Shown piece by piece: positions 8,990-17,177 of a stretch of 32,000 nt of DNA. The notes under the pieces were generated by a model. It made no database searches. It saw nothing but the letters and a program-made list of their open reading frames with translations, and had not been told where the DNA came from. Location: contig NZ_JAGIOS010000002.1 of assembly GCF_017876815.1 (NCBI RefSeq), forward strand, positions 1,410,001 through 1,442,000, in the 5' to 3' direction. Made by a program: the position numbers and the translations under genes. This DNA is from Sinorhizobium meliloti (GTDB taxonomy: Bacteria > Pseudomonadota > Alphaproteobacteria > Rhizobiales > Rhizobiaceae). Positions within the stretch are counted from its first letter, which is position 1. Every line of letters begins with the position of its first letter.

Positions 8990-9230
8990 GTGGGAGCCTA
9001 TGTGTCAGTCGATCACCGGGCCTCCTGTCGATGAAGCCATCGGCACGCTGATTGCTGAGCAGATGACGCCGGCGGTCGTCGAACTCGCTCTCGAAGTCAG
9101 CAGGGGGATCCAAGCCGGGCATGAAGAAGCAGACCGGCTGCGCTATCGCCGATCGAACGCACACAAACGCAAGCCGATCTCGCTCAGTGGCGCTTCATGC
9201 TTGTCAATCCTAGCACCGCCTCAGTCGATG
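8990..9230 (+). pseudogene. Internal fragment of a large serine recombinase gene (frameshifted and truncated at both ends)
   Basis: Track ORF 8940..9281 reads CQSITGPPVDEAIGTLIAEQMTPAVVELALEVSRGIQAGHEEADRLRYR. From about 9152 a different frame continues IERTQTQADLAQWRFMLVNP. Together these match the recalled recombinase pattern G..vD.ai..l....tP.a.ElAle.....eEa.rLr..iERa..eAdLAqrRfmlVdP.NRLVA. No catalytic N-terminal domain is present. Confidence 0.45.
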
Positions 9231-9474
9231 GTTGTCGAAAAGCCGGGCAATGCGCCCATCGGTGTCTCCGGCTCCGCATAATTACCCTCGCCGCATAGTT
9301 GCGCATCTGCGTGGCTCCGCAGGCGAGATACACTCGAACACCGATTCCTGGGTCCAATCATGCTGCTTCAACCTTTGTCTTTGGCGAGAGCTCATCGAGG
9401 AAATCGCTACCGAGAGACACGCCGACGTCAAAAGTTTCGAGGGACCTGTTCTAGTCTTAGTCTAAAGCTGATTG

Positions 9475-10626
9475 CTAACGGTCGATGAAACGGAAAGCTC
9501 GATCGAGCGCCCTCGCTGATGCGACACACCAGCGTCTCAGAGCAAACTCGTACGGCTTTGTCGTGCGACGCGGCTTGGGCCTGCGAGAAATGACCTGCGG
9601 TAGCGCATTCATGTCTAGGGGCGCCAAAAAATCTGCGGCGCGGGCGACCGGTTTCAAAGGGAGCGGTCCTGCGAGATCTCCCAAATGCCGTTCGAAGCCC
9701 ACTCGCTGAAAGAAGCGAGAGGCATCAAATGGCGATTTGGACTCCTCGCCAATAGCGATGCTGAACGATGGGATCTGCAAGATGCTTGCCTCAAGCAGAG
9801 CCGTGGAAGAAACGCTAACTGCGAACTCTATGTCGTCGGCAATGGTCATCCAGTTACCATTGAACACTTCGACCGTTCGGCCTTCCCTCTCTAGCAATAT
9901 ATGGGCGAGCCTCATGTTGTCGAGTGCTTGGTGATTTGAAGTTTCACCGGAGCTGTTGCGCGCGACTATCAAAAGCTTCCTGTCCGGATGCAAGTCGGCC
10001 AGAATTGCAAGTTGTCTCGCCAGCTCATATCGGCCGTGGCTCGATGCCGGAACTTCGTTCTGTTCAAAGAAGGCGATATATTTTCTGATGCGGATGTGGC
10101 TGCGTGGCGGCACTTCTTTTAGTCGAGGGGAGCCTAGCAACACGCAGTTTGCGGTCGACAGTGGCAATAGGGAAAGCCAGTTCCTGGCGAGTCGGTATAA
10201 ATGTGGATCTGTGAACAAAAGCTGGTCAACAAAGGACCTCCAAAATAGGCCAGTAAACCTCATGTAATATTGAAGTCCAGGAAATCCCGTTGCGATCGTC
10301 ATCAACGCAATTGAGCTCGGAAACTCATGGAGAGTATTGCAAATATGAAAGACCTTTCTCCCCGGTAGACCAAGGAAGAGGAAGTCTGCACCGCTCTCAG
10401 CTATCCACCTGGGTAGCTCCGCTTCTGCGACTATGCTTATGCTGCACTCCGGAAAAGAGACCCCCCATTTTTCACGCTGAGCTTTTGACAGGCCGGGTTC
10501 TCGAAGATCCTCCACGACTTCAATGACGTTGATTTCGCATGAGATCCGAGTCAAATGCTTATAAAGTACGTCGCAATACCCAACATAGGAATCTGCCGAA
10601 TATATGAGTAGCGCTTTTGATGGCAT
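9475..10626 (-). CDS. Uncharacterized capsule-cassette protein, putative GT-B-like transferase
   Basis: 383 aa counted from the internal ATG at 10626. The track start at 10749 would overlap the upstream gene by 83 nt with an Arg/Ser/Thr-rich extension. It is the last gene of the AT-rich neu operon. The C-terminal half reads LHPDRKLLIVARNSSGE...FAVSVSSTALLEASILQIP, reminiscent of the nucleotide-sugar-binding half of capsule transferases. There is no clear SD, so the start is uncertain. Confidence 0.45.
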   Translation of the reverse strand: MPSKALLIYSADSYVGYCDVLYKHLTRISCEINVIEVVEDLREPGLSKAQREKWGVSFPECSISIVAEAELPRWIAESGADFLFLGLPGRKVFHICNTLHEFPSSIALMTIATGFPGLQYYMRFTGLFWRSFVDQLLFTDPHLYRLARNWLSLLPLSTANCVLLGSPRLKEVPPRSHIRIRKYIAFFEQNEVPASSHGRYELARQLAILADLHPDRKLLIVARNSSGETSNHQALDNMRLAHILLEREGRTVEVFNGNWMTIADDIEFAVSVSSTALLEASILQIPSFSIAIGEESKSPFDASRFFQRVGFERHLGDLAGPLPLKPVARAADFLAPLDMNALPQVISRRPKPRRTTKPYEFALRRWCVASARALDRAFRFIDR

Positions 10627-10666
10627 CAGGGGATGGCGTTGAAAATCGTCCCGGCGCTTCTTTGAA

Positions 10667-11956
10667 TCAGACAAACTGGACCCCGTTGAAGTCCTCGAGG
10701 ATCGATCCGTGCTCTGCAACAATCTTAGCGGTGCGTGCGTCTTTCGCAATTAGCGGCAAGAGCTGTCGATAGATCGAGTATGCCTCGACATCCGGCCGGA
10801 GATCACTTGCGTATACGAGTGCTGTACTTGCGATACCGATCACTTTTCGACAGGCGGTGAGCGCAGGAATAAACTCTGCTGGTATGTCTGTATGAGGTAG
10901 CAGCTTTATCTCAAACTCGGGATAACGCTCGCGGATCACCTCGAGCTTTTCGAGGCTGAAATCAGATTTTGGGTGAGCTTTAATATACAATGTATCCGTT
11001 TGAGGGAAATTGTCCTGAATGCACTTCGCTATGACACCTATAATCACCTCTTTGTCTATGTGGTAGGCTTGATCTACATATAAAAGGGACTGAGCGGTCA
11101 TTCCGCAGTCGGCCAATTTGCTTGCGTAATGATGCTGGGTTGTTCGGAAGGTGCGTTTTATATAGCTAAAGTAATTCCTTTCACTCGCACCGAAACTGTT
11201 GGCCAGTCGGTCCGGAAAAGTACCAAACACACCGTTGAAGCCGGATATCGGCTCGTGGAACCGTCTGAAGCGATAGCTACGGCTGAATATACCTTTGAAA
11301 CAGGACGCCGTAAGTTCATTGTCGAAGGGTACGACAATGCACCTAACGGCAAAAGAAAGTTCTTTTTGAATAAAACGCACCAGCGTTTTGAGACCTGTCT
11401 TTGGATTTGAAGCTAATTCATATGGTATTTTCAAAAGTATCTTTCCAAGAAAAGAATCGGCAATAATGTCCTTGTTGATTATATCAATCAAAGACCGAGG
11501 CGGTGCGTATGCATGAGCCTTCTTGTAAGAAGACAATCCTTCTTCGATGAAGAAAACCTGCATCTCCGCCCTTTTGGCAAGATCGTAGACAAGGCCGTAG
11601 TGGGTATTGTAATTAAATAGAAAAAGACGCCGCGGCGTGTTCTTCGTGAGAACAGACCGATATGCTCTCAGTATTCGGCCCTGCTTTCGAAGTGAGAAAT
11701 AGGCGGCTCCCACTGGCAGCTTCAGGAGGCCATGGGGGACATGTTTTTCCGTCAGAAGGTTAGAGATGCTACTCCGCTCTTTAAGGTTAGCGTCTGTATA
11801 AAGGGTCAGAACGAACGGCCGCAACAGCAGAGTTTCTCCGAACTCCTCGATAAATGCTAACGCATTCTGCGCTTGCCGACCATTAGAGATAATGATCAGG
11901 TCTGTCCCTGCCGGCAGAGCCGATGTAGCTCCGCCAACTACATCACCGCTAGTCAT
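10667..11956 (-). CDS. Polysialyltransferase-like protein (GT38 / NeuS-SiaD family)
   Basis: Landmarks match my recollection of E. coli K1 NeuS: DLIIISNGRQAQ, FIEEGLSSYKK, GVFGTFPDRL, LYIKAHPKSD, VIGIASTALVYASDL and AYSIYRQL. The size is about 429 aa. The ATG at 11956 overlaps the neuC stop (ATGACTAG). The track start at 11998 is an alternative. Confidence 0.65.
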   Translation of the reverse strand: MTSGDVVGGATSALPAGTDLIIISNGRQAQNALAFIEEFGETLLLRPFVLTLYTDANLKERSSISNLLTEKHVPHGLLKLPVGAAYFSLRKQGRILRAYRSVLTKNTPRRLFLFNYNTHYGLVYDLAKRAEMQVFFIEEGLSSYKKAHAYAPPRSLIDIINKDIIADSFLGKILLKIPYELASNPKTGLKTLVRFIQKELSFAVRCIVVPFDNELTASCFKGIFSRSYRFRRFHEPISGFNGVFGTFPDRLANSFGASERNYFSYIKRTFRTTQHHYASKLADCGMTAQSLLYVDQAYHIDKEVIIGVIAKCIQDNFPQTDTLYIKAHPKSDFSLEKLEVIRERYPEFEIKLLPHTDIPAEFIPALTACRKVIGIASTALVYASDLRPDVEAYSIYRQLLPLIAKDARTAKIVAEHGSILEDFNGVQFV

Positions 11957-13004
11957 TGAATTGCTTCTGAAGCGGTGCTGACCAAAACGTGTGATCATTC
12001 AAAACTTGGACAAAACGAGAGGCGGCGTTGCCGTTACCGAAGCTTTGGTCGCTTGAGAACTTTCTGCCCCACGTCGTGTTTAGGAACTCTCGAATAGTGT
12101 CGACGTCGAATGCCGATGCGTCCGTGATTGTCGCAGCGCTGGATCGATTGTTTTGCCGTGTCCCTATATTAAGACTGGGCACTCCCAAGAACGGTGCTTC
12201 TCGCACCCCGGCACTACTGTTTCCGATGATGGCTTTCGCATTTTTCATAAGTTCGGAAAAGTAAGAGAAACGCATGCTCGGCAAATGCCTGAAACGATGC
12301 GGATCGAGCTCCGAGATCTCAGCGAAAATGTCATCGCTGCCAGGATCATTGTTCGGCGAGATGATCACGAAGTTTTTGCCGCTCTCAGCCAGTGTCGTAA
12401 AAAGGCTTCGCGCCTGCGCCCCTATCGTGTCCGTTTCCGACGTTACCGGATGGAAGGTGACGATCCCATATTCCGAAAATGGTATTGCATAGCGGTCCCG
12501 AACCTTGCTGAGGGTCACACCAGAATCGCCGCGATGGAGATCCAACTCGGGTGATCCAATATTGTAAACGAACTGTGGATCCTCGCCGAGAGCCAAGACG
12601 CGAGCTCTGGCAATTTCCGAGCTGACAAAGTGATAGGTGCAGAGCTTTGAATTACAGTGGCGATAGATCTCGTCGATCGTCCCGGATACTTCACCGCCTT
12701 CGATATGGGCGCAGCGGATATAGTTGGTCGCGCAGACGAGCGAAACCGCCAGCGCTTCGATCCGATCGCCATGAACGACGACCAGATCGGGCTTGTGTTC
12801 ATACACCCAATCGGAAACTCCGAGGATCGTTTTCGAAAGGATGAGGTCTTGGGGATCGCCGAGGCGCTGGTTGATGAACTCGTGTACTTCAATGCCTTCG
12901 AGGCGGTGGACCTCGTGTTTCGTCGCACCGTATTTCTCCAGCATGTGCATACCGGTCACGAAAAAATTAATCGCGTAGCCGGCTTTATTTGCCGCCACAG
13001 CTAA

Positions 13005-13937
13005 GAGTCGGACTCGAAAAGGTTTCAACGATATCCATATCTTGCAAGGCGTCTGGTGAGCATGCGGATGTGAGCGATGGTGATCCACGCTTCTGCTGAA
13101 GCGACGGATTTTTCGAAGTCCTTGGCCAGTCTGCGGCATCGACCCAGCCAGGCGAAGGTCCGCTCGACGACCCAGCGGCGCGGCAGGATTTCAAAACCCT
13201 TGGCCTTGTCGGAACGTTTGATGATTTCGAGTGTCCATTTCCCGATTTTCTGCAGCCGCTTTTTGAGCTTGTCGCCCGCATAGCCGCCATCAGCGAAGAC
13301 ATGAAGCAACCACGGCCACCGGTTTTTGATGGATTTCAGGAGATCGGGAGCGCCGTCGCGATCCTGAATATCGGCGCTGTGCACCATGAGGCCGACCATC
13401 AGCCCGAGCGTGTCGACAATGATGTGGCGCTTGCGGCCCTTAATCTTCTTGCCTGCATCAAAGCCACGGATACCGCCGCTTTCCGTCGTTTTAACGCTTT
13501 GGCTGTCGATCGCGCCCGCTGTCGGCGAGGCTTCTTTCCCCTCCAATTCCCGCGCCTCCATGACGAGGTGATGGTTGATCCGTGGCCAAAGACCCATTGC
13601 CCGCCATTCATAGAAATATCGCTGCACCGTCGAACAGGGCGGAAAGTCCTTCGGCAGCATCCGCCACTGGCAGCCTGTCGAAGCGATATAGAGAAGGGCG
13701 TTTAAAACATCGCGCAAATCAGTCTTGCGCGGACGACCCAGACGCCGTGGCGCAGGCATGAACGGTGCAACAAAATCCCATTCGCGATCCGTGACATCGC
13801 TTGCATATCCGCTCGTCCGCCGGACATAATTGCGCCGGGTGGTTTCAGTCCAGGCCATCGTGATCTCCATCGAATCTTTGCAAATCCGACGGAATCACAA
13901 CTGGCTGAAATCACTCAATTCTTTTTGAGGCAGCCTC
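13005..13937 (-). mobile_element. IS5-family insertion sequence (933 bp) with a 3-bp TAA target-site duplication
   Basis: The imperfect terminal inverted repeats are GAGTCGGACTCGAAAAG (13005-13021) and, from the right end on the reverse strand, GAGGCTGCCTCAAAAAG (13921-13937). They match at 13 of the first 17 positions. Direct TAA copies lie at 13002-13004 and 13938-13940. There is a single DDE transposase ORF inside. Confidence 0.85.
13025..13858 (-). CDS. IS5-family (DDE_Tnp_1 with DUF4096-type N-terminus) transposase
   Basis: The sequence reads MAWTETTRRNY...GRPRKTDLRDVLNALLYIASTGCQWRMLPKDFPP...GKKIKGRKRHIIVDTLGL...ADGGYAG...RWVVERTFAWLGRCRRLAKDFE. The track ORF starts 4 codons earlier at 13870. 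Confidence 0.9.
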   Translation of the reverse strand: MAWTETTRRNYVRRTSGYASDVTDREWDFVAPFMPAPRRLGRPRKTDLRDVLNALLYIASTGCQWRMLPKDFPPCSTVQRYFYEWRAMGLWPRINHHLVMEARELEGKEASPTAGAIDSQSVKTTESGGIRGFDAGKKIKGRKRHIIVDTLGLMVGLMVHSADIQDRDGAPDLLKSIKNRWPWLLHVFADGGYAGDKLKKRLQKIGKWTLEIIKRSDKAKGFEILPRRWVVERTFAWLGRCRRLAKDFEKSVASAEAWITIAHIRMLTRRLARYGYR

Positions 13938-13996
13938 TAAGGGCTCAATCTTACCGAAGTCTGCACGCGTTCCGGTAAGAAACAATAGTTTTTTAG

Positions 13997-15046
13997 TCAT
14001 AGTAGAGCCTCAGGATGTGTCTCGAAGTCACTCCAGCGGAGCTGTTCATTTCGCTTGCGGGCTACAGTGATAGTTTTTCCAATCAGTTCATCAAGCTGAT
14101 AGCCGGGAATGTCGCCATTGCCTGGCCGTCGTGCCCAGATGTCGTACTCGGAGATTACGTCTCCTGGCTGAAGGTCTCGGTCAGCCACAACTGAGCTCCG
14201 CGCGAACCGGTAGACTGCCTCCTCCGGCTCCGTCCGCCGCTTCTCATTATTCAGAGCTATGAAGATTTCTCGGGATCTGTCGATCAGGAAGCGCAGCTCC
14301 GCGGGATCCATTGAGCAGGAAATGTCAGGTCCCTTGCGATACCGTGTGTCGCTGAAGTGACGCTCAAGGATGCAAGCCCCAAGGGCCACAGATGCGAGAG
14401 CCATGTCCGGCCCGATGCTGTGGTCCGAAAATCCGACGACAGCATTAGGGAACGCCGTTTTTAAATCCGTCACGCCGCGCAGAGAAACAATTTCCGGCGG
14501 AGAAGGATAAAGGTTTGTGCACTCAAGCAGAGCATATTCGACACCTGAGCGCTCCAATACTTCGACGGACGCGCGAATGGTTTCGATTGACTGCATCCCC
14601 GTGCTCATGATGATGGGCTTGCCAAAGGAGGCGATGTGCCGGATCAGGGGAATATTGTCGCACTCGCCGCTCCCGATTTTGAAGGCTGGTACGTCTATCG
14701 AGTTGAGGAAATCGGCCGCCGCCCTCGAGAAGGGAGTAGATATGTAAATGAGGCCGAGGCCCTCTGCGTAATCTTTCAGTGTCTTTTCGTCCTCGAGTGA
14801 TAAGGCGCAGGATTTCATCACGTCCCAGATGGAAACGTCGGCATTGGGCGGGAATATCTTCTTTGCCTCATCCGTCATCTCGTCTTCGACAATATGGGTT
14901 TGGTGCTTGACGATTTCGCAGCCGGATTGGGCAGCCGCCAGGACCATGGCCTTTGCCACCTCAAGGCTACCACCATGGTTAATCCCGATTTCAGCGATAA
15001 CGAGAGGCGGGTGAGAAGGGCCGACCTGGCGATTACGAATCTTCAT
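13997..15046 (-). CDS. neuB: N-acetylneuraminate (nonulosonate) synthase NeuB
   Basis: The N-terminus MKIRNRQVGPSHPPLVIAEIGINHGGSLEVAK is present, along with GFSDHS and a C-terminal SAF-like segment (DLQPGDVISEYDIWARRPG). The ATG at 15046 overlaps the neuA stop (ATGA). The track start at 15079 is less likely. Confidence 0.9.
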   Translation of the reverse strand: MKIRNRQVGPSHPPLVIAEIGINHGGSLEVAKAMVLAAAQSGCEIVKHQTHIVEDEMTDEAKKIFPPNADVSIWDVMKSCALSLEDEKTLKDYAEGLGLIYISTPFSRAAADFLNSIDVPAFKIGSGECDNIPLIRHIASFGKPIIMSTGMQSIETIRASVEVLERSGVEYALLECTNLYPSPPEIVSLRGVTDLKTAFPNAVVGFSDHSIGPDMALASVALGACILERHFSDTRYRKGPDISCSMDPAELRFLIDRSREIFIALNNEKRRTEPEEAVYRFARSSVVADRDLQPGDVISEYDIWARRPGNGDIPGYQLDELIGKTITVARKRNEQLRWSDFETHPEALL

Positions 15047-15726
15047 TGAGTGATCCCTTGTGAGATTGCTGCTTCGCACTTTCTAAAATCTTCTATCGTG
15101 TCAACGTCGAGTGATTCGTCTTCCGACATTTGCACAACCTTTATTGCGGCGGCAGAGAAGTCACCGTTAGCCCTGAATGTGTTTGCATCAAAAACATACA
15201 AAGCCCCATTGGGACGAAACACGGGTGGCAAGGATTGACGGTTGGCAAAACAGTACCGGGGATCGGAGAGCGTCTGGAATCGATCCCCATTTATTTGGCC
15301 CCATTTCAAAACGCTTGAATTCGCTGCACACACACTCATGACAAGCGAACAATCTCCACCGGCGAACAATTCCAAAGCGGCTCGGATGTGATCTGGCTTC
15401 CGCAACGGTGAAGTAGGCTGGAGCAACACGACTGTGCCGCCATTGGGAAGCGTGGATCCTAAGAAATCAATCAGAACATCCGCCATCGTGGTAGTGTCGG
15501 CGGCAAGACCGGGTGGGCGCCGCACGACCTGCACGCCGCCGGGAAGAGAATGGGAGAAAATCTCATCTATATCCGTGGAAACAAAGATCTTCGGAATTCC
15601 GGCCATAATCGCTGCGTCCACGCTGTGCCGGTAAAGCGGTTTGCCGCAAAGTTCTCTGACATTCTTGCCGGGGAGCCCTTTGGAACCGGCCCGCGCAGGA
15701 ACCAACGCAATCACGTCTGAGTGCAT
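15043..15726 (-). CDS. neuA: Acylneuraminate cytidylyltransferase (CMP-NeuAc synthetase) NeuA
   Basis: 227 aa. The motif VIALVPARAGSKGLPGKN is present, followed by LLQPTSPLR, which is typical of the CTP_transf_3 family. Confidence 0.9.
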   Translation of the reverse strand: MHSDVIALVPARAGSKGLPGKNVRELCGKPLYRHSVDAAIMAGIPKIFVSTDIDEIFSHSLPGGVQVVRRPPGLAADTTTMADVLIDFLGSTLPNGGTVVLLQPTSPLRKPDHIRAALELFAGGDCSLVMSVCAANSSVLKWGQINGDRFQTLSDPRYCFANRQSLPPVFRPNGALYVFDANTFRANGDFSAAAIKVVQMSEDESLDVDTIEDFRKCEAAISQGITQ

Positions 15727-15768
15727 TCTGATCTTCTCGATTGTGAGCGAGTGAGTGATATTGGCAGC

Positions 15769-15797
15769 TATCTAGACAAAAAGATGGTGTTTGCCAA
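15769..15797 (-). promoter_or_regulatory. Candidate sigma70-type promoter for the neu cassette
   Basis: On the minus strand, TTGGCA (15797-15792), a 17-nt spacer and TAGATA (15774-15769) lie about 45 nt upstream of the neuA ATG, in the 119-bp gap where base composition switches. This is motif evidence only. Confidence 0.2.
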
Positions 15798-15845
15798 TGA
15801 ATTCTGTGGCGACGTGCTCAAAACCTATCAAGGTAGGACACACGT

Positions 15846-17177
15846 TTATGCCCTGTCTCTTATGTTGTAGTAAGCCATCACCCCAATCCCCCAGGCAAAT
15901 AGCAACCCAAGAGCCACAAGAAAAGCATTGAGCAACCGCGCCGGATACTGCGCCATCTGCGAAAGCGTAGGCTCTATGAAGAGCGCCAGATAACGCTGCC
16001 GATTATTCGCCTCTACCCGCGCCTTTTCCAGCGCGGCCAGTGCCGCCGTATAGGCGCGCTCGGCGAACTCCCGCTCGGTCTCCAGTTCCTCGAACTCGGC
16101 GATACGGCCGGCAACGTCCGGGACGTTCGGGTTGTGTGCATCCGACGTGCCCTTTTGGCCCGCCCCCAGCCGCTGGCGCTCGACGGCGAGTTGCTGTTCC
16201 AAGCTTTCGATGCGGGTCTTGAGCACGCGGATGCGCGGCGTATCCTCGCTCATCTGGCTCTTGGCCGTGGCGAGATCGGCGTTGAGCTTCGTCAGCTCTC
16301 CTTCCAAGCCACCGATCAGCTGAACCGCGAGTTTCGCGCCTTCCGCTGGGCTGATTTCCTGCGATTTGTCGCGATAGTCGCGCAGCCCTGCGCGAGCCTT
16401 GGAAAGCCGCGCTTCCCCGGCGAGCACCTCGTCCTGTGCGGCGCGCAACACATCGTTGCGGGCGGAGAGCGAAAGGCTGTTCACCAGATTGTCGCTCTGG
16501 TCGACGATGAACTGCGCGAGCTCCTGCGCCTGCGTCGGTTCAAAGGCTTTCACGGTCACCTGCATGATGCCGGAGGCATGGTCGAAGCTGACCTTTACCA
16601 TATCGCGCCAGTAGGCAAGCTTGTCCTCGATCGGCAGGTCGGAGCCGATGCCGTAGAAATAGTCGAGCCCGCGTGTCGCGTAGACATCCTCGAGCTTGAA
16701 CCGCCGGTCCGCATCCGAGGCCATCCGCTCGCTAAGAATATAGTCCATCAGGATATAGCTGTCCGAAACGGTGCTGCCGCCGGAAGCCTGACTGAACATG
16801 CCGAGGATATCCCCCGAAACTCCGCCTTCGATGCTGCGGACTGCGAAGGATGCCGTGCTGTGATACTGGTCGGCGGCGATGAAGGCCATGTAGAGAGAGG
16901 CGAGTGTCGCAGGCACGGCAACAAGCCCCAGGAAAGTTGCCCCGATGATGGCGTGGCGCCAGCGCAGCTTCCTCAGCCATTTCGGCTGCCAGCCAGCTTT
17001 CTTGGGAGGCTCGACTTTGCGCCCCGGCAGCGGGATGACAGGTGCGCTCTCCCTGCCGAGAAGTCCCTCGAGGACCGCGATGCCTTTGCCTTTCGCCGTG
17101 GCCTTGGCGGTGTTCGGCTTGTCGGCGGCCTGCGCGGGGTCAGGCTTATTCACTGCCGCGTCCTTGCTTGCCGCCAT
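15846..17177 (-). CDS. kpsE: Capsule export inner-membrane polysaccharide co-polymerase KpsE/RkpR-like
   Basis: 443 aa. An N-terminal TM (IIGATFLGLVAVPATLASLYMAFIA) is followed by DQYHSTASFAVRS. There is a long coiled-coil region and a C-terminal TM (LLNAFLVALGLLFAWGIGVMAYY). It abuts the kpsT stop. Confidence 0.85.
   Translation of the reverse strand: MAASKDAAVNKPDPAQAADKPNTAKATAKGKGIAVLEGLLGRESAPVIPLPGRKVEPPKKAGWQPKWLRKLRWRHAIIGATFLGLVAVPATLASLYMAFIAADQYHSTASFAVRSIEGGVSGDILGMFSQASGGSTVSDSYILMDYILSERMASDADRRFKLEDVYATRGLDYFYGIGSDLPIEDKLAYWRDMVKVSFDHASGIMQVTVKAFEPTQAQELAQFIVDQSDNLVNSLSLSARNDVLRAAQDEVLAGEARLSKARAGLRDYRDKSQEISPAEGAKLAVQLIGGLEGELTKLNADLATAKSQMSEDTPRIRVLKTRIESLEQQLAVERQRLGAGQKGTSDAHNPNVPDVAGRIAEFEELETEREFAERAYTAALAALEKARVEANNRQRYLALFIEPTLSQMAQYPARLLNAFLVALGLLFAWGIGVMAYYNIRDRA

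Larger units (their letters stand above)
11949..14000 (-). pseudogene. neuC: UDP-GlcNAc 2-epimerase (hydrolysing) NeuC, interrupted by an IS5-family element after codon 21
   Basis: The 5' piece at 14000-13938 encodes MTKKLLFLTGTRADFGKIEPL, and its ATG overlaps the neuB stop (ATGA). The 3' piece from 13004 downward continues in frame as LAVAANKAGYAINFFVTGMHMLEKYG...HIEGGEVSGTIDE...GNSSAGVREAP. Removing 13005-13937 and one TAA copy gives a 371-aa intact NeuC. The first 45 aa of track ORF 11949..13139 are read-through from the IS end. Confidence 0.85.

Noticed and set aside
12985-13139. The N-terminal 45 residues of track ORF 11949..13139, considered as the native NeuC start
   Set aside because: This stretch lies inside the IS5-family element, overlapping the transposase 3' end and the terminal IR. 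The true neuC start is the ATG at 14000, on the other side of the IS.
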